24,000 bases of DNA, from NCBI RefSeq assembly GCF_029625905.1, contig NZ_JARTLM010000009.1:120798-144797 (forward strand), in the 5' to 3' direction. The notes beneath the pieces are model-generated. The model had not been told where the DNA came from, did no database searches, and worked only from the letters and a program-made list of their open reading frames with translations. The position numbers and the translations under genes were made by a program. Origin of the DNA: Hydrogenovibrio sp. 3SP14C1. GTDB taxonomy: Bacteria; Pseudomonadota; Gammaproteobacteria; Thiomicrospirales; Thiomicrospiraceae. Shown here piece by piece: positions 1-11,813 of this stretch (its first letter is position 1; each line of letters begins with the position of its first letter).

Positions 1-392
1 TTATGTATGAAGAAGAAGACAATGGCTCTTTGATGGGAACCTCGCGAAATGCGAATGTATCGAGTGAGATTTCAAATGAAATTGACTTAGAGATGCGTAA
101 TTTTATTGATCGTAACTATCAAAGAGCTGAAAAAATCTTAACCGAGAATATTTCGGTTCTTCATGCAATGGCAGCAACTTTGTTGAAGTATGAGACGATT
201 GATTTTGATCAGATTAAAAAGTTGATGGCTGGTGAAGATCCTGGTAAACCTAAAGATTGGGAAGAAAGTTCTGATGATCAAGATGGCACTTCTCACTCTG
301 ATTCAGAAGTAGATTCGGTCTCAACGCCAGATACAAAAACTGATTTAAGCTCAGATGATTCAGTCGAAAATGGCGAGCCAAAGTTACATTAG
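1..392 (+). CDS. ftsH: FtsH ATP-dependent zinc metalloprotease, C-terminal fragment (5' end outside window)
   Basis: The frame-3 ORF is open to the window edge. The string IDRNYQRAEKILTENISVLHAMAATLLKYETIDFDQIKKLM matches the conserved FtsH C-terminal helical region. It has an acidic Ser/Asp-rich tail, is followed by a terminator, and lies upstream of folP-glmM as in many Proteobacteria. Confidence 0.9.
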   Translation, partial: MYEEEDNGSLMGTSRNANVSSEISNEIDLEMRNFIDRNYQRAEKILTENISVLHAMAATLLKYETIDFDQIKKLMAGEDPGKPKDWEESSDDQDGTSHSDSEVDSVSTPDTKTDLSSDDSVENGEPKLH

Positions 393-412
393 TCTGTCGG
401 TTGATTTGATAT

Positions 413-438
413 AAAACCCCTTGAATGGGGTTTTTTTT
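413..438 (+). terminator. Rho-independent terminator after ftsH
   Basis: Stem AAAACCCC (413-420) pairs with GGGGTTTT (427-434), with loop TTGAAT, and runs into a T8 tract. Confidence 0.7.
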
Positions 439-452
439 ATGGAGAAAGTTAA

Positions 453-1280
453 GTGACATTAGCTGATAAATTACATGATCCTGCACTCGGACACTCGCTG
501 GTGATGGGGATTTTAAATGTCACGCCAGATTCTTTTTCAGATGGTGGGCAGTTTAATTCGATGGATGCTTTAAAGCAGCAGATTGAAAAAATGTCGATTG
601 CCGGAGCAGATATTATTGATATTGGTGGAGAATCGACCAGGCCTGGTGCGCAAGAAATAAGTTTGCAAGAAGAGTTAGATCGGGTTCTACCAGCAATTGA
701 AGCTGTTAAAGAAATGTCGGATGTCTATATTTCGATTGATACTTATAAGCCTGAGGTGATGAAGGAATCCATTCAGTTAAAAGTCGATATGATTAATGAT
801 GTGAATGCCTTGCAGGCTAAAGGTGCAATCGAGGTTGTAAGAGAAGCTGATGTTGTAGCTTGTTTAATGCATAAGCAGGGCCATCCAAAAGATATGCAGC
901 AATCACCTGAATATGAAGAAGGTGTTTTTGAAGCCGTTTATCAGTTCTTGTCTAAACAAAGTATGCATTGTTTAGACGAAGGCATTAAATCAGAAAATAT
1001 CGTAATTGATCCTGGGTTTGGGTTTGGTAAAAAACTACCTCATAATGTAGAGCTTTTTGAAAGGTTAGAGGAGTTTTCTAGCTTACAATACCCTCTGCTC
1101 GTTGGTGTATCACGCAAAACCATGATTGGTGAATTATTGGATGGCGCTCCAGTTGACGATAGAGTGGTTGGAAGTGTTTCTGCTGCTGTTTTAGCCAGCA
1201 TGAAGGGCGCCAAGATTTTAAGAGTACATGATGTTAAAGAAACAGTGGAAGCAGTGAAAATTGCAATGGCTTTGCTTTAA
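453..1280 (+). CDS. folP: Dihydropteroate synthase
   Basis: GTG start lies 7 nt after GGAGAAAG. Motifs VMGILNVTPDSFSDGG, DIGGESTRPG and ILRVHDV are typical of FolP. Confidence 0.93.
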   Translation: MTLADKLHDPALGHSLVMGILNVTPDSFSDGGQFNSMDALKQQIEKMSIAGADIIDIGGESTRPGAQEISLQEELDRVLPAIEAVKEMSDVYISIDTYKPEVMKESIQLKVDMINDVNALQAKGAIEVVREADVVACLMHKQGHPKDMQQSPEYEEGVFEAVYQFLSKQSMHCLDEGIKSENIVIDPGFGFGKKLPHNVELFERLEEFSSLQYPLLVGVSRKTMIGELLDGAPVDDRVVGSVSAAVLASMKGAKILRVHDVKETVEAVKIAMALL

Positions 1281-1304
1281 GTCATTTATGGATAGGTCAT
1301 AAGA

Positions 1305-2639
1305 ATGAAAAAAGAAAAAAAATATTTTGGGACGGATGGTATCCGAGATCAAGTTGGTAAGGGATTGATTTGTCCTGATAAAATTCTAAAGCTTGGCTGG
1401 GCAACCGGAAAAGTCATCAAAGATCATGGCGAGTCGGTTGTGATGATTGGTAAAGACACTCGAATTTCCGGCTATATGTTCGAGTCTGCTCTGGAAGCTG
1501 GATTTATTGCTGCTGGTGTTGATGTTATGTTGCTTGGTCCGATGCCTACTCCTGCGATTGCTTATTTGACCCAAACTTTTCATGCAGATGCCGGAATTGT
1601 TATCAGTGCATCCCATAATCCACATTGTGATAACGGCATAAAGTTTTTTTCAGCAAAAGGTCAAAAAATATCTGACGCTACAGAGCATGAAATTGAAGCG
1701 GCATTTGAGCAAGACTTAAACATTGTGTCCTCTTCTGATCTAGGGCGTGCAAAACGTATCGAAGACGCTGCTGGTCGTTATATAGAGTTTTGTAAAAGCA
1801 CTTATGATGGTGCTAAAAAGCTAGATGGGCAAAAAATTGTTTTGGATTGTGCTCATGGAGCCACTTATCATATTGCACCCATGGTCTTTAAAGAGTTGGG
1901 AGCGGAAGTTGTTGCGATAGGCGTTGATCCGGATGGTATCAATATCAATCAAAATTGTGGCGCAACCGATTTGGCACAGTTGCAAAAGAGAGTTGTGGCA
2001 GAAAAAGCGGATTTTGGGATTGCATTTGACGGTGATGGCGATCGAGTGATGATGGTCGATGGTCAAGGAGAAGTGGTTGATGGGGATGAGATTTTGTATA
2101 TTCTCGCAACTGGAACAAACCTACCGGTAAAAGGGGTTGCTGGTACCGTGATGAGTAATTTGGGCTTAGAAAATGCCTTGAAAGAAAAAGGTATTGAGTT
2201 GGTCAGAACGCCAGTTGGAGACCGATATGTCATGGAAGCGCTTCGAGAAACAGACTGGTTTTTGGGTGCAGAATCGTCTGGCCATGTCTTGTGTTTGCAT
2301 AAGACAACGACCGGTGACGGGATCGTTGCAGCGCTTCAGGTGGTTTCAATTATGATGAATACGGGTAAATCATTGACTGAATTGCGACAAGGGATGACAA
2401 AATATCCACAAAATTTACAAAATGTTCGTGTTGACAGTAAAGCAGGTTTGAATACAAATGAAGCGCTTAAAAAAGCGGTGGAAGCATCCGAAGAACGTAT
2501 GGCTGGCAAGGGTAGAGTGTTGATTCGAGCCTCGGGCACCGAAGCTTTAATTCGTGTGATGGTTGAAGGGGAATCTGAATCAATGGTCGAAACCGAAGTA
2601 AAAAGGTTGGTGGAAGTAGTTAAAACAGAATTTTGTTAA
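1305..2639 (+). CDS. glmM: Phosphoglucosamine mutase
   Basis: [11 protein letters not shown]-terminus, phosphoserine loop [16 protein letters not shown], metal site FDGDGDR and GAESSGH. The length (444 aa) fits GlmM. Confidence 0.95.
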   Translation: MKKEKKYFGTDGIRDQVGKGLICPDKILKLGWATGKVIKDHGESVVMIGKDTRISGYMFESALEAGFIAAGVDVMLLGPMPTPAIAYLTQTFHADAGIVISASHNPHCDNGIKFFSAKGQKISDATEHEIEAAFEQDLNIVSSSDLGRAKRIEDAAGRYIEFCKSTYDGAKKLDGQKIVLDCAHGATYHIAPMVFKELGAEVVAIGVDPDGININQNCGATDLAQLQKRVVAEKADFGIAFDGDGDRVMMVDGQGEVVDGDEILYILATGTNLPVKGVAGTVMSNLGLENALKEKGIELVRTPVGDRYVMEALRETDWFLGAESSGHVLCLHKTTTGDGIVAALQVVSIMMNTGKSLTELRQGMTKYPQNLQNVRVDSKAGLNTNEALKKAVEASEERMAGKGRVLIRASGTEALIRVMVEGESESMVETEVKRLVEVVKTEFC

Positions 2640-2710
2640 AATTGTCAAGATTGTTTTTTTAAAAAGAAACCGCTAATATAGGCGGAATTTTGCGTCGGAG
2701 ACTAAACATA

Positions 2711-3472
2711 ATGAGACAGTTATTTGTTGCTGGTAATTGGAAAATGCATGGTGATAAAGCATCCATTAAAACACTTGTGACTGGTTTGAATGCGAAAGCA
2801 GACAGTGTTGGGAATGCGTTGGTAGCGGTATGTCCGCCTGCAATTTATCTTGATTATACAAAAAACTGTTTAATGGCGGATAATATTGCAATGGGCGGTC
2901 AGAATATGGCAATTGAGCCTGTGCAGGGTGCTCATACAGGTGAAACATCAGCGGCTATGCTAAAAGATGTTGGGTGTCAGTATGTTATTTTAGGCCATTC
3001 AGAGCGTCGCGCTATCTACGGTGAGACAGATCAAGAGATTGCGCAGAAAGTTAAAACGGCACTGGATTCTGGATTGACGCCTATTTTGTGTGTGGGCGAA
3101 ACCCTTGAAGAACGTGAGTCAGGTCAATTGGAATCAGTCATTTCTCAACAGTTGGATGCAGTCATTGCTGAAGTTGGAATTGATCAGTTTTCGGGTGTTG
3201 TGATTGCTTATGAACCAGTATGGGCGATTGGTACAGGAAAAACCGCAAGTGCTCAGCAAGCACAAGATGTTCATGCGTTTATTCGCGGGCAATTGGCAAA
3301 GCTAAATGCGTCAGTTGCTGAAAAAGTTATTATTCAATACGGTGGAAGTGTTAAGCCAAATAATGCTTCTGAATTATTTAGTCAGCCAGATATCGATGGT
3401 GGATTGATTGGTGGTGCTTCATTAAATGCAGATGACTTTATCGCAATATGTCAGGCTGCAGGAGAGCAATAA
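2711..3472 (+). CDS. tpiA: Triosephosphate isomerase
   Basis: Motifs [28 protein letters not shown] and GGASL. ATG 2711 (GGAG 10 nt upstream) is preferred over the TTG at 2690 reported in the ORF track. Confidence 0.92.
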   Translation: MRQLFVAGNWKMHGDKASIKTLVTGLNAKADSVGNALVAVCPPAIYLDYTKNCLMADNIAMGGQNMAIEPVQGAHTGETSAAMLKDVGCQYVILGHSERRAIYGETDQEIAQKVKTALDSGLTPILCVGETLEERESGQLESVISQQLDAVIAEVGIDQFSGVVIAYEPVWAIGTGKTASAQQAQDVHAFIRGQLAKLNASVAEKVIIQYGGSVKPNNASELFSQPDIDGGLIGGASLNADDFIAICQAAGEQ

Positions 3473-3473
3473 A

Positions 3474-3797
3474 ATGTTTCAAATTATTCTGGCTATTCAT
3501 TTAGTCATTGCATTTATTCTGATTGTTTTAGTCTTGCTGCAACAAGGTAAAGGCGCCGATGCGGGTGCTAACTTTGGCGGTGGTGGGTCTTCACAATCAG
3601 TGTTTGGTAGTGGTGGGTCTAATAATTTTATGTTGAAAATGACGTCTGTGGTAGCCGTTATTTTCTTTATAACCAGTTTAGCACTTGCCTACTTAGGTGC
3701 TCAGCAAGCGAAAGGGTATCAGAGTGTGGTTCAAAAACCTGCTGCAGAGCAGAAAACGACTGATTCTGATACCAATGAGCCAGTTGTACCAAACTAA
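3474..3797 (+). CDS. secG: Preprotein translocase subunit SecG
   Basis: [49 protein letters not shown] is the typical SecG N-terminal TM plus Gly-rich loop. ATG 3474 follows GGAGAG and lies 1 nt after the tpiA stop. The longer track ORF (3426) overlaps tpiA and is rejected. Confidence 0.9.
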   Translation: MFQIILAIHLVIAFILIVLVLLQQGKGADAGANFGGGGSSQSVFGSGGSNNFMLKMTSVVAVIFFITSLALAYLGAQQAKGYQSVVQKPAAEQKTTDSDTNEPVVPN

Positions 3798-3815
3798 AGT
3801 AGTAAGAAAGAATTT

Positions 3816-3900
3816 GCCGATGTGGTGGAATTGGTAGACACGCTATCTTGAGGGGGTAGTGGCGAAAGCTGTGCCGGTTCAACTCCGGCCATCGGCACCA
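3816..3900 (+). tRNA. tRNA-Leu, anticodon GAG (long variable arm)
   Basis: GCCGATGTGGTGGAATTGGTAGACACGCTATCTTGAGGGGGTAG...GGTTCAACTCCGGCCATCGGCACCA is 85 nt. The acceptor stem GCCGATG/CATCGGC pairs, the anticodon loop is TTGAGGG, and CCA is encoded. Its position after secG matches the E. coli secG-leuU arrangement. Confidence 0.9.
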
Positions 3901-3998
3901 TATTAAATAGCGTTATGCTAACTGTTGATCAGGTGGTTACTTAATAACCCCTAAAGTGTTAGAGCAATCGGCTCTGAACTAGAAGAGGCTTGAAACCT

Positions 3999-4355
3999 AT
4001 GCTAGAAAATTATTTACCTATCCTGGTATTTGTTGTACTTGGCGTTCTTTTCGGAATAGGGCCTATTTTAATAGGTTATTTATTAGGTCCTCAGCGGCCT
4101 GACTCTGAAAAGCTTTCCCCTTATGAGTGTGGGTTCGAAGCATTTGAGGACTCCAGAATGAAGTTTGATGTTCGCTTTTATCTGGTAGCGATCCTGTTCA
4201 TTATTTTTGATTTGGAAATTGCATTTCTATTTCCGTGGGCAGTTGCATTAGAAGAAGTTGGTACATTTGGCTTGCTAGCCATGGGTGTTTTTCTAACATT
4301 GTTGGTAGTCGGTTTTATTTATGAGTGGAAGAAAGGAGCGCTGGAATGGGAATAG
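3999..4355 (+). CDS. nuoA: NADH-quinone oxidoreductase subunit A (ND3)
   Basis: Three-TM protein with the PYECGF motif and first gene of the nuo cluster. ATG 3999 is preferred over TTG 3990. Confidence 0.92.
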   Translation: MLENYLPILVFVVLGVLFGIGPILIGYLLGPQRPDSEKLSPYECGFEAFEDSRMKFDVRFYLVAILFIIFDLEIAFLFPWAVALEEVGTFGLLAMGVFLTLLVVGFIYEWKKGALEWE

Positions 4356-4822
4356 AAGGCGTCTTAAAAGAAGGGGTGGTCACCACTTCAGCTGATAAAT
4401 TAATTAACTGGGCACGTACAGGGTCGTTATGGCCGATGACATTTGGTTTAGCCTGTTGCGCAGTAGAAATGATGCATGCAGGTGCCTCAAGATATGACTT
4501 GGATCGTTTTGGTATTATTTTTAGACCGAGTCCGAGACAGTCAGATGTCATGATTGTTGCTGGAACTTTGGTGAATAAAATGGCACCGGCATTACGTAAA
4601 GTCTATGACCAGATGGCTGAACCAAGATGGGTTATTTCAATGGGGTCATGTGCGAATGGCGGTGGTTACTATCACTATTCATATTCTGTTGTAAGAGGAT
4701 GTGATCGTATTGTTCCAGTTGATGTCTATGTGCCAGGTTGCCCTCCAACAGCGGAGGCCTTGCTGTATGGCATCATTCAGTTACAAAATAAAATTAAACG
4801 CACAAATACCATTGCGCGATAA
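4346..4822 (+). CDS. nuoB: NADH-quinone oxidoreductase subunit B (PSST, N2 cluster)
   Basis: Motifs [17 protein letters not shown] and PGCPP. ATG 4346 follows AAAGGAG and overlaps the nuoA stop by 10 nt. Confidence 0.95.
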   Translation: MGIEGVLKEGVVTTSADKLINWARTGSLWPMTFGLACCAVEMMHAGASRYDLDRFGIIFRPSPRQSDVMIVAGTLVNKMAPALRKVYDQMAEPRWVISMGSCANGGGYYHYSYSVVRGCDRIVPVDVYVPGCPPTAEALLYGIIQLQNKIKRTNTIAR

Positions 4823-4846
4823 CGTCAAGCAGAGCGGGAAAAGTTT

Positions 4847-5518
4847 ATGAAACAATCTGTTTTAGATTTACAAGCGACGATTCAAGAGACACTGGGCGAT
4901 GCGATTGTTGTTTCTGAGATCAAGTTTGATGAATTAACAGTGGAGTTGGCTCCAGAACAGTCATTATCGGCGCTTACTAAACTAAAAGAAAATTTGGGCT
5001 TTGATCAACTTATTGATGTTTGTGGGGTTGATTATCTGGCTTTTGGTGACGTCACTTGGGAAACACGCAAAGCGGCCAATTCTGGCTTTAGTCGCGGCGT
5101 TTTTGATTTTGCTGAAGAAGAGGGCGAGGTTGATACTAATATCCCTCGTCGTTTTGCAGTGGTATATCAACTGTTATCAGTTGAAAATAATCGCCGTGTT
5201 CGGGTGAAAGTCTACCCACAAGATACACAAATGCCAATGGTTGATTCTGTTGTTTCTGTATGGAACTGTGCGGATTGGTTTGAACGTGAAGCGTTTGATT
5301 TGTTCGGTATTTTGTTTAATGGTCACCCTGACTTACGTCGAATTTTGACTGATTATGGTTTTGTTGGGCATCCATTACGTAAAGACTTCCCTTTGACCGG
5401 TCATGTTGAAATGCGTTATGACGCAGAAAAAGGCCGTGTTGTTTATGAACCAGTCACGATTGAAAACAGAGTGAATGTTCCTCGAGTCATTCGTAATGAT
5501 GTAGAGCCAAAAGGATAA
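4847..5518 (+). CDS. nuoC: NADH-quinone oxidoreductase subunit C (30 kDa), not fused to NuoD
   Basis: WFEREAFDLFGILFNGHPDLRRILTDYGFVGHPLRKDFP is the signature of the 30-kDa subunit. Confidence 0.95.
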   Translation: MKQSVLDLQATIQETLGDAIVVSEIKFDELTVELAPEQSLSALTKLKENLGFDQLIDVCGVDYLAFGDVTWETRKAANSGFSRGVFDFAEEEGEVDTNIPRRFAVVYQLLSVENNRRVRVKVYPQDTQMPMVDSVVSVWNCADWFEREAFDLFGILFNGHPDLRRILTDYGFVGHPLRKDFPLTGHVEMRYDAEKGRVVYEPVTIENRVNVPRVIRNDVEPKG

Positions 5519-5531
5519 GTAGAGAATAATT

Positions 5532-6785
5532 ATGTCAGAAATTCGTAACTATACCCTGAACTTTGGTCCACAACATCCTTCCGCGCATGGTGTGTTGCGT
5601 TTGGTTTTGGAATTAGATGGTGAAACCATCGTTCGCTCTGATCCTCATATTGGATTATTGCACCGTGGTACTGAGAAATTAGCAGAATATAAACCCTACA
5701 ATCAGTCAATTGGTTATATGGATCGTTTGGATTATGTCTCTATGATGGCCAATGAGCATGCGTATGTCATGGGGATTGAAAAAATGTTGGGCATCGAAGT
5801 CCCTGATCGTGCACAGTATATTCGAGTGATGTTTGATGAAATTACTCGAGTTTTGAACCACTTAATGTGGTTAGGTGCGCATGCTTTAGATATCGGCGCA
5901 ATGACCGTGTTCTTATACGCTTTTAGAGAGCGTGAAGATCTAATGGACTGTTATGAAGCCGTTTCCGGCGCACGTATGCATGCTACCTATTATCGTCCAG
6001 GTGGTGTCTATCGTGACTTGCCGGATACGATGCCTAAGTATGAAGAATCAAAATGGCATTCAGGTAAAAAATTAGATAAGTTGAATGAAACTCGTGAAGG
6101 GTCTTTGTTGGACTTTATTGAAGCGTTTACGGAACGTTTTCCAGGTTATGTCGATGAATATGAAACATTATTGACGGATAATCGTATCTGGAAACAAAGA
6201 ACAGTAGATATTGGTATTGTTTCGCCTGAAAGAGCACTGCAATTAGGCTTTACCGGGCCAATGCTTCGTGGATCTGGAATCGCTTGGGATTTACGTAAGA
6301 AACAGCCTTATGAAGTGTACGATAAACTAGATTTTGATATTCCAGTTGGTGCGACAGGGGATTGTTATGACCGTTACCTAGTCCGTGTTGCGGAAATGCG
6401 TGAATCTAACAAAATTATTAAGCAGTGCGTTAAGTGGCTGAAAGAAAATCCAGGCCCTGTTATTTCGGATGATCATAAAATTACGCCGCCTTCACGTGAG
6501 GATGCTAAGTCAAACATGGAAGCACTGATTCATCACTTTAAACTGTTTACGGAAGGATATTCTGTGCCAGAGGGTGAGTCCTATACCGCTGTTGAACATC
6601 CTAAAGGTGAGTTTGGTATTTATATGGTGTCAGATGGTGCGAACAAGCCTTATCGCTTAAAAGTAAGAGCGCCTGGTTTCGCGCATTTAGCCTCTTTAGA
6701 TGAGATGGCAAAAGGTCATATGATTGCTGACGTGGTCGCTATTCTCGGAACACAAGATATCGTATTTGGGGAGGTTGATCGATGA
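5532..6785 (+). CDS. nuoD: NADH-quinone oxidoreductase subunit D (49 kDa)
   Basis: N-terminus [16 protein letters not shown] and C-terminus DIVFGEVDR. Length is 417 aa. Confidence 0.96.
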   Translation: MSEIRNYTLNFGPQHPSAHGVLRLVLELDGETIVRSDPHIGLLHRGTEKLAEYKPYNQSIGYMDRLDYVSMMANEHAYVMGIEKMLGIEVPDRAQYIRVMFDEITRVLNHLMWLGAHALDIGAMTVFLYAFREREDLMDCYEAVSGARMHATYYRPGGVYRDLPDTMPKYEESKWHSGKKLDKLNETREGSLLDFIEAFTERFPGYVDEYETLLTDNRIWKQRTVDIGIVSPERALQLGFTGPMLRGSGIAWDLRKKQPYEVYDKLDFDIPVGATGDCYDRYLVRVAEMRESNKIIKQCVKWLKENPGPVISDDHKITPPSREDAKSNMEALIHHFKLFTEGYSVPEGESYTAVEHPKGEFGIYMVSDGANKPYRLKVRAPGFAHLASLDEMAKGHMIADVVAILGTQDIVFGEVDR

Positions 6786-7276
6786 GCTCAACTGTAGAAA
6801 ACATTATTCAAGGTTCTGTGAAAGAGCGTATAGACCGTTGGGTTGCTCGCTATCCAGATGATCAACAGCAATCTGCTGTTATGGCAGCGTTACGTATTGT
6901 TCAAGAAACGAACGGTGGTCATTTAACCACTGAGTTGATGAATCAGATTGCAGAATATCTCGATATGCCTCCTATTGCTGTTTATGAAGTCGCGACTTTC
7001 TATGGTAATTATGAGCATGAACCTGTCGGGAAACACAAGATTTGTTTGTGTAATAGTATCTCTTGTATGTTACGCGGAAATGAAGACATTCTGGCGCACA
7101 TGGAAAAGAAGCTGAATATCAAGACAGGTGAAACCTCTGCAGACGGCCGTTTTACAATTAAAAAGGTTGAATGCTTAGGCGCTTGTGGTGGCGCACCTAT
7201 GATGCAAATCGGTAAAACATACTATGAAAATTTAACAGAAACATCTGTTGATGAAATTTTAGACGGGTTGGAGTAA
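6782..7276 (+). CDS. nuoE: NADH-quinone oxidoreductase subunit E (24 kDa, 2Fe-2S)
   Basis: Cys pattern CLCNSISC ... [13 protein letters not shown]. It shares an ATGA start/stop overlap with nuoD. Confidence 0.95.
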   Translation: MSSTVENIIQGSVKERIDRWVARYPDDQQQSAVMAALRIVQETNGGHLTTELMNQIAEYLDMPPIAVYEVATFYGNYEHEPVGKHKICLCNSISCMLRGNEDILAHMEKKLNIKTGETSADGRFTIKKVECLGACGGAPMMQIGKTYYENLTETSVDEILDGLE

Positions 7277-7280
7277 TCGA

Positions 7281-8561
7281 ATGGTTCATCAAAATGAAAA
7301 CTGTTTCCGTTTAAACCACCTGGACAACTCGTGGGATATTGAAACTTATATCGCCAACGGTGGTTACGAAGTCTGGAAAAAAGTATTAGCAGGTGAAATG
7401 TCACCTCAAGAAATCATTGACGAAGTGAAAACGTCGAATATCCGTGGACGAGGCGGGGCTGGATTCCCGACTGGGTTGAAGTGGAGCTTTATGAACCGCG
7501 CAGCACCTGGACCTAAATACATCGTCTGTAACTCAGATGAAGGGGAACCAGGAACCTTTAAAGACCGTGATATTTTGCGTTACAACCCGCACGCACTTGT
7601 AGAAGGTATGATGATTGCCGGTTACGTCATTGGTGCCTGTGCTGGGTATAACTATATCCGTGGTGAATTTTGGGAACCTTACCAACGCTTCCAAGGGGCA
7701 ATTGATCAAGCTCGAAAAGCTGGTTTATTAGGTAAGAATATTCTTGGGTCTGGTTATGATTTTGATCTGTTCACCCATTTGGGTGCTGGGGCTTATATTT
7801 GTGGTGAAGAAACGGCATTGATTGAATCCCTTGAAGGAAAGAAAGGTCAGCCAAGATTTAAACCACCTTTCCCAGCCAGTTATGGTTTATATGGTAAGCC
7901 AACCACGATCAACAATACAGAAACACTGGCGTCGATTCCAATGATTCTTGCGAAAGGTGGAGACTGGTTCTGTGATTTGGGTGTGCCGAATGCTGGTGGA
8001 ACGAAATGTTACTCTGTATCGGGTCACGTAAATAACCCAGGTAACTTTGAAGTTCGTATGGGAACACCGTTTAAAGATTTATTAGAGCTAGCAGGCGGCA
8101 TTTGGAAAGGACGTGAATTAAAAGCGGTTATTCCAGGTGGTGCTTCAACGGCCATTCTTCCTGCGGAAAAAGCGCTGGCAATGAATATGGACTATGATTC
8201 GATTGCAAAATCGGGCTCGTTCCTAGGCGCCGGCTCCGTCATCATTATGGATGACCAAACAGATATTGTAAAAGTTATGGAAAACCTAAGTCATTTCTAT
8301 TGGGATGAGTCGTGCGGTCAATGTACGCCTTGTCGTGAAGGAACAGGCTGGTTATACCGAGTCTTGAAAAGAATTCGTTCTGGTAAAGGACGTCCTGAAG
8401 ACATTGAAGCCTTAAAAGATGTCTCAGGTAAAATTATGGGGCGTGTTATTTGTGGTTTAGGGGATGCAGCAACGATTGGTTTAACCAGTGCGTTGGAGCA
8501 TTATGAACATGAATTCCGTCATTACATTGATCACGGTTGCAGCATTTACGACAAACAGTAA
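7281..8561 (+). CDS. nuoF: NADH-quinone oxidoreductase subunit F (51 kDa, FMN/NADH site)
   Basis: Motifs [32 protein letters not shown] and [12 protein letters not shown]. Confidence 0.96.
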   Translation: MVHQNENCFRLNHLDNSWDIETYIANGGYEVWKKVLAGEMSPQEIIDEVKTSNIRGRGGAGFPTGLKWSFMNRAAPGPKYIVCNSDEGEPGTFKDRDILRYNPHALVEGMMIAGYVIGACAGYNYIRGEFWEPYQRFQGAIDQARKAGLLGKNILGSGYDFDLFTHLGAGAYICGEETALIESLEGKKGQPRFKPPFPASYGLYGKPTTINNTETLASIPMILAKGGDWFCDLGVPNAGGTKCYSVSGHVNNPGNFEVRMGTPFKDLLELAGGIWKGRELKAVIPGGASTAILPAEKALAMNMDYDSIAKSGSFLGAGSVIIMDDQTDIVKVMENLSHFYWDESCGQCTPCREGTGWLYRVLKRIRSGKGRPEDIEALKDVSGKIMGRVICGLGDAATIGLTSALEHYEHEFRHYIDHGCSIYDKQ

Positions 8562-8617
8562 TCACTGTTTTTGTTAAGTGCGTAAGATGCCCCCAAATAA
8601 AAGTTTAGGTTTAAATT

Positions 8618-10720
8618 ATGGTAAAAATTGAGATTAACGGACAAATGGTTGAAGCTCATGAAGGCGACATGCTGATAGATGTCGCTGATGATGCTCAAAT
8701 CTCTATTCCACGTTTCTGTTATCACAAAAAACTTTCGATCGCTGCCAACTGTCGTATGTGTTTGGTTGAGGTTGAAGGTGCACCGAAAGCATTACCTGCT
8801 TGTGCAACGCCGGTAACAGACGGCATGAAAGTTCATACCAAATCTGAAAAGGCAGTTTCTGCGCAGAAATCGGTTATGGAATTTTTACTGATTAATCACC
8901 CTTTGGATTGTCCAATTTGTGACCAAGGTGGTGAGTGTGAGTTACAAGACGTTGCGATGGAATATGGCGATGATGTCTCGCAATATTCAGAAGCCAAACG
9001 AATTCTAGGTGATAAAAACATCGGTCCACTGATTCATACCGATATGACGCGTTGTATTCACTGTACACGTTGTGTTCGCTTTGGTCAGGAAATCGGTGGC
9101 ATGATGGAGCTTGGTGCAACGGGTCGTAGTGAGTGGATGGAAATCGGAACCTATATTGAAAAATCCGTGACCTCTGAACTCTCAGGCAACATGATTGATC
9201 TTTGTCCGGTAGGTGCTTTGACGTCCAAACCTTTCCGTTATTCAGCACGTCCTTGGGAGTTAAAATCTCATAAAACGATTGCACCACATGACAGTATCGG
9301 GTCTAACATTATTTTACATTCCAAGAACAATGTCGTGAAGCGTGTTGTACCGGATGAAAATGAATCAGTAAATGAAGTGTGGATTTCTGATCGCGATCGT
9401 TTTTCTTATGAAGCGTTAAATAGTGATGATCGCTTATTACACCCTATGATCAAAGAAAAGGGTCAGTGGAAACAGGTTGATTGGGAAACCGCTTTAGCTT
9501 ATGCCGCGAAAAAACTAAAAGAATATAGCAGTGCAGACGCTTCTAAAGTCGGTGTACTGGCATCGCCTAACGCAACCTTGGAAGAGTTCCATCTACTGCA
9601 AAAATTGGCTCGTGCAGTTGGCGTTGAAAACTTAGACCATCGTTTACGTCAAACTGATTTCAGTTTGGATAAAACAGGAATTGTAGCGCCTAAGCTTAAC
9701 CATTCGTTAAAAGATATAGAGTCTTTGGATAATGTTTTACTGGTGGGGTCTTATTTAAGAAAAGAAATTCCATTACTAAACCTCCGTGTACGTAATGCTC
9801 ATTTAAATGGTGCGATTGTTTCCGCGGTGAACCCAATTGATTTTGACTTTAATTTTAAGCTTAACCAACAATTGGTTTCTGAGAATCTGGTAAATGAGTT
9901 AGCGGGGATTGCCAAAGCGGTCGCGGATCTAACTGCTAAAAATGACCAGGCCTGGCTGAAATCGATTGAAGCAACCGATGCTCAAACGCAAGTTGCAAAA
10001 AGCCTAGTGGATGCTAAGAATGCTTCAATCATGGTGGGACAGATCGCTCAAATGGATAAGCATTATGCAGAAATTATCAAATTAGCGAATCTGATCGCTG
10101 ACATGACCTCTGTGCAATTGAATATTCTGCCTGTTTCAGCCAATGAAGTTGGTGCACATATGACTGGTTTTGTTCCTAAAAATGGCTTGAATGTTTCTGG
10201 GATGATGACGGGAAATATGAAAGCTTTCATTAACTTAGGAATTGAACCTGAACAAGATGTTCAAGACGGAAGTTTGGCGCTGAAAGCCATGCAAGATGCA
10301 GAATGTGTCATCAACCTAACAGCCTTTGACACAGCTGCACAACGCGATTATGCCGATATTATGTTACCGATTTCAACATTTGCTGAAACAGCAGGTACTT
10401 TTGTGAATGCCTGTGGCTTAAAACAGTCGTTCAAAATGGCGGTAGAACCCCAGGGTGATGCCAAGCCTGCTTGGAAAATCTTTCGAGTACTTGGCAATAT
10501 GCTTGAGCTAGAAGGGTTTGAATATACCCATGCTAATCAAGTCATGGCAGATGTGATAGATCAAACCACATCAGTTAATTTATCTTCAGAAACCATTGAG
10601 TTGCCGGAAGATGCTGATTTAATCGGAACACAATTAATATCTATGTATCAAGCGGATGCTTTAGTAAGACGGTCTCCGTCATTACAAGCAACCCCTGATG
10701 CCCAGGTTGTGACAATTTAA
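8618..10720 (+). CDS. nuoG: NADH-quinone oxidoreductase subunit G (75 kDa)
   Basis: N-terminal 2Fe-2S segment CYHKKLSIAANCRMC, then HPLDCPICDQGGECELQD and CIHCTRCVRF, followed by a molybdopterin-oxidoreductase-like C-terminal half. At 700 aa it is the short form relative to E. coli NuoG. Confidence 0.95.
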   Translation: MVKIEINGQMVEAHEGDMLIDVADDAQISIPRFCYHKKLSIAANCRMCLVEVEGAPKALPACATPVTDGMKVHTKSEKAVSAQKSVMEFLLINHPLDCPICDQGGECELQDVAMEYGDDVSQYSEAKRILGDKNIGPLIHTDMTRCIHCTRCVRFGQEIGGMMELGATGRSEWMEIGTYIEKSVTSELSGNMIDLCPVGALTSKPFRYSARPWELKSHKTIAPHDSIGSNIILHSKNNVVKRVVPDENESVNEVWISDRDRFSYEALNSDDRLLHPMIKEKGQWKQVDWETALAYAAKKLKEYSSADASKVGVLASPNATLEEFHLLQKLARAVGVENLDHRLRQTDFSLDKTGIVAPKLNHSLKDIESLDNVLLVGSYLRKEIPLLNLRVRNAHLNGAIVSAVNPIDFDFNFKLNQQLVSENLVNELAGIAKAVADLTAKNDQAWLKSIEATDAQTQVAKSLVDAKNASIMVGQIAQMDKHYAEIIKLANLIADMTSVQLNILPVSANEVGAHMTGFVPKNGLNVSGMMTGNMKAFINLGIEPEQDVQDGSLALKAMQDAECVINLTAFDTAAQRDYADIMLPISTFAETAGTFVNACGLKQSFKMAVEPQGDAKPAWKIFRVLGNMLELEGFEYTHANQVMADVIDQTTSVNLSSETIELPEDADLIGTQLISMYQADALVRRSPSLQATPDAQVVTI

Positions 10721-10738
10721 GGATAGAGGATAAAAAAT

Positions 10739-11803
10739 ATGTTTGATGCGTTACAAGCCTGGCTTTCCTCATTTCTATTTGATTGGTTAGCTGTTTTAAT
10801 TACTTTGGTTTTACAAGCGGTTGCGGTTATTTTACCCGTGCTGATTACCGTTGCATGGTTGACTTATGCTGAGCGTAAAGTGATTGGTTATATGCAAGTA
10901 CGAATGGGGCCAAACCGAGTGGGTCCCGGCGGATGGTTGCAACCGATTGCTGATGCAATTAAAGCCATGACGAAAGAAGTGGTGATTCCGGCTCAATCGA
11001 ATAAATATCTCTTTATTATCGCGCCTATTTTAGCGTTGGCCCCTGCGATTGCAGCTTGGGCGGTTATTCCGTTTGATGCTAATGGTGTTGTTGCGGCTGA
11101 TATTAATGCTGGTGTGCTTTATGTTTTAGCGGTTGCTTCGATTGGGGTGTACGGAATTGTTATTTCTGGTTGGGCTTCCAACTCTAAATATGCCTTCTTA
11201 GGTGCCTTACGTGCTTCTGCACAGAAAATTTCTTATGAAATTGCAATGGGCTTTGCTTTAGTGACTGTACTAATGGTCGCTGACACGATGAACTTAACCG
11301 GTATTGTTGAAGGGCAACAAGGTGGTATTTGGAATTGGTACTGGATTCCTTTGCTTCCAATGTTCTTTGTTTATTTCATTTCTGGCCTAGCTGAAACAAA
11401 CCGTGCGCCATTCGATGTGGCAGAAGGGGAGTCAGAAATTGTTGCCGGTTTCCATGTTGAATATTCCGGGATGGCTTTTGCTGTATTCTTCTTAGCGGAA
11501 TACGCCATGATGATTCTGATTTCATTTATGACAGCCATCATGTTCTTAGGTGGATGGTATTCACCTTTCGAGGGTGTTCCTGGTTTAGAGTCTGTCTTTA
11601 GCTGGGTGCCTGGTTTTGTCTGGCTGTTCGCTAAAGTTGCTTTCTTATTGTTCTTGTTCTTATGGTTCCGTGCGACCTTCCCGCGCTATCGCTATGATCA
11701 AATCATGCGTTTAGGTTGGAAAGTACTAATTCCTGTCACGATCGTTTGGGTCTTTGTGGTGGGTGTCATGGAATATTTTAAAGTTAGTCCTTGGTTCAAT
11801 TAA
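10739..11803 (+). CDS. nuoH: NADH-quinone oxidoreductase subunit H (ND1)
   Basis: Polytopic membrane protein with [20 protein letters not shown] and [28 protein letters not shown]. Confidence 0.96.
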   Translation: MFDALQAWLSSFLFDWLAVLITLVLQAVAVILPVLITVAWLTYAERKVIGYMQVRMGPNRVGPGGWLQPIADAIKAMTKEVVIPAQSNKYLFIIAPILALAPAIAAWAVIPFDANGVVAADINAGVLYVLAVASIGVYGIVISGWASNSKYAFLGALRASAQKISYEIAMGFALVTVLMVADTMNLTGIVEGQQGGIWNWYWIPLLPMFFVYFISGLAETNRAPFDVAEGESEIVAGFHVEYSGMAFAVFFLAEYAMMILISFMTAIMFLGGWYSPFEGVPGLESVFSWVPGFVWLFAKVAFLLFLFLWFRATFPRYRYDQIMRLGWKVLIPVTIVWVFVVGVMEYFKVSPWFN

Positions 11804-11813
11804 GAGGTTAAAA

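Noticed and set aside
3901-3998. nuo operon promoter between tRNA-Leu and nuoA (TTGATC at ~3925, hairpin AGAGC/GCTCT at 3961-3975)
   Set aside because: I could not pair any -35 candidate with an acceptable -10 at 16-18 nt spacing, so no promoter is reported.
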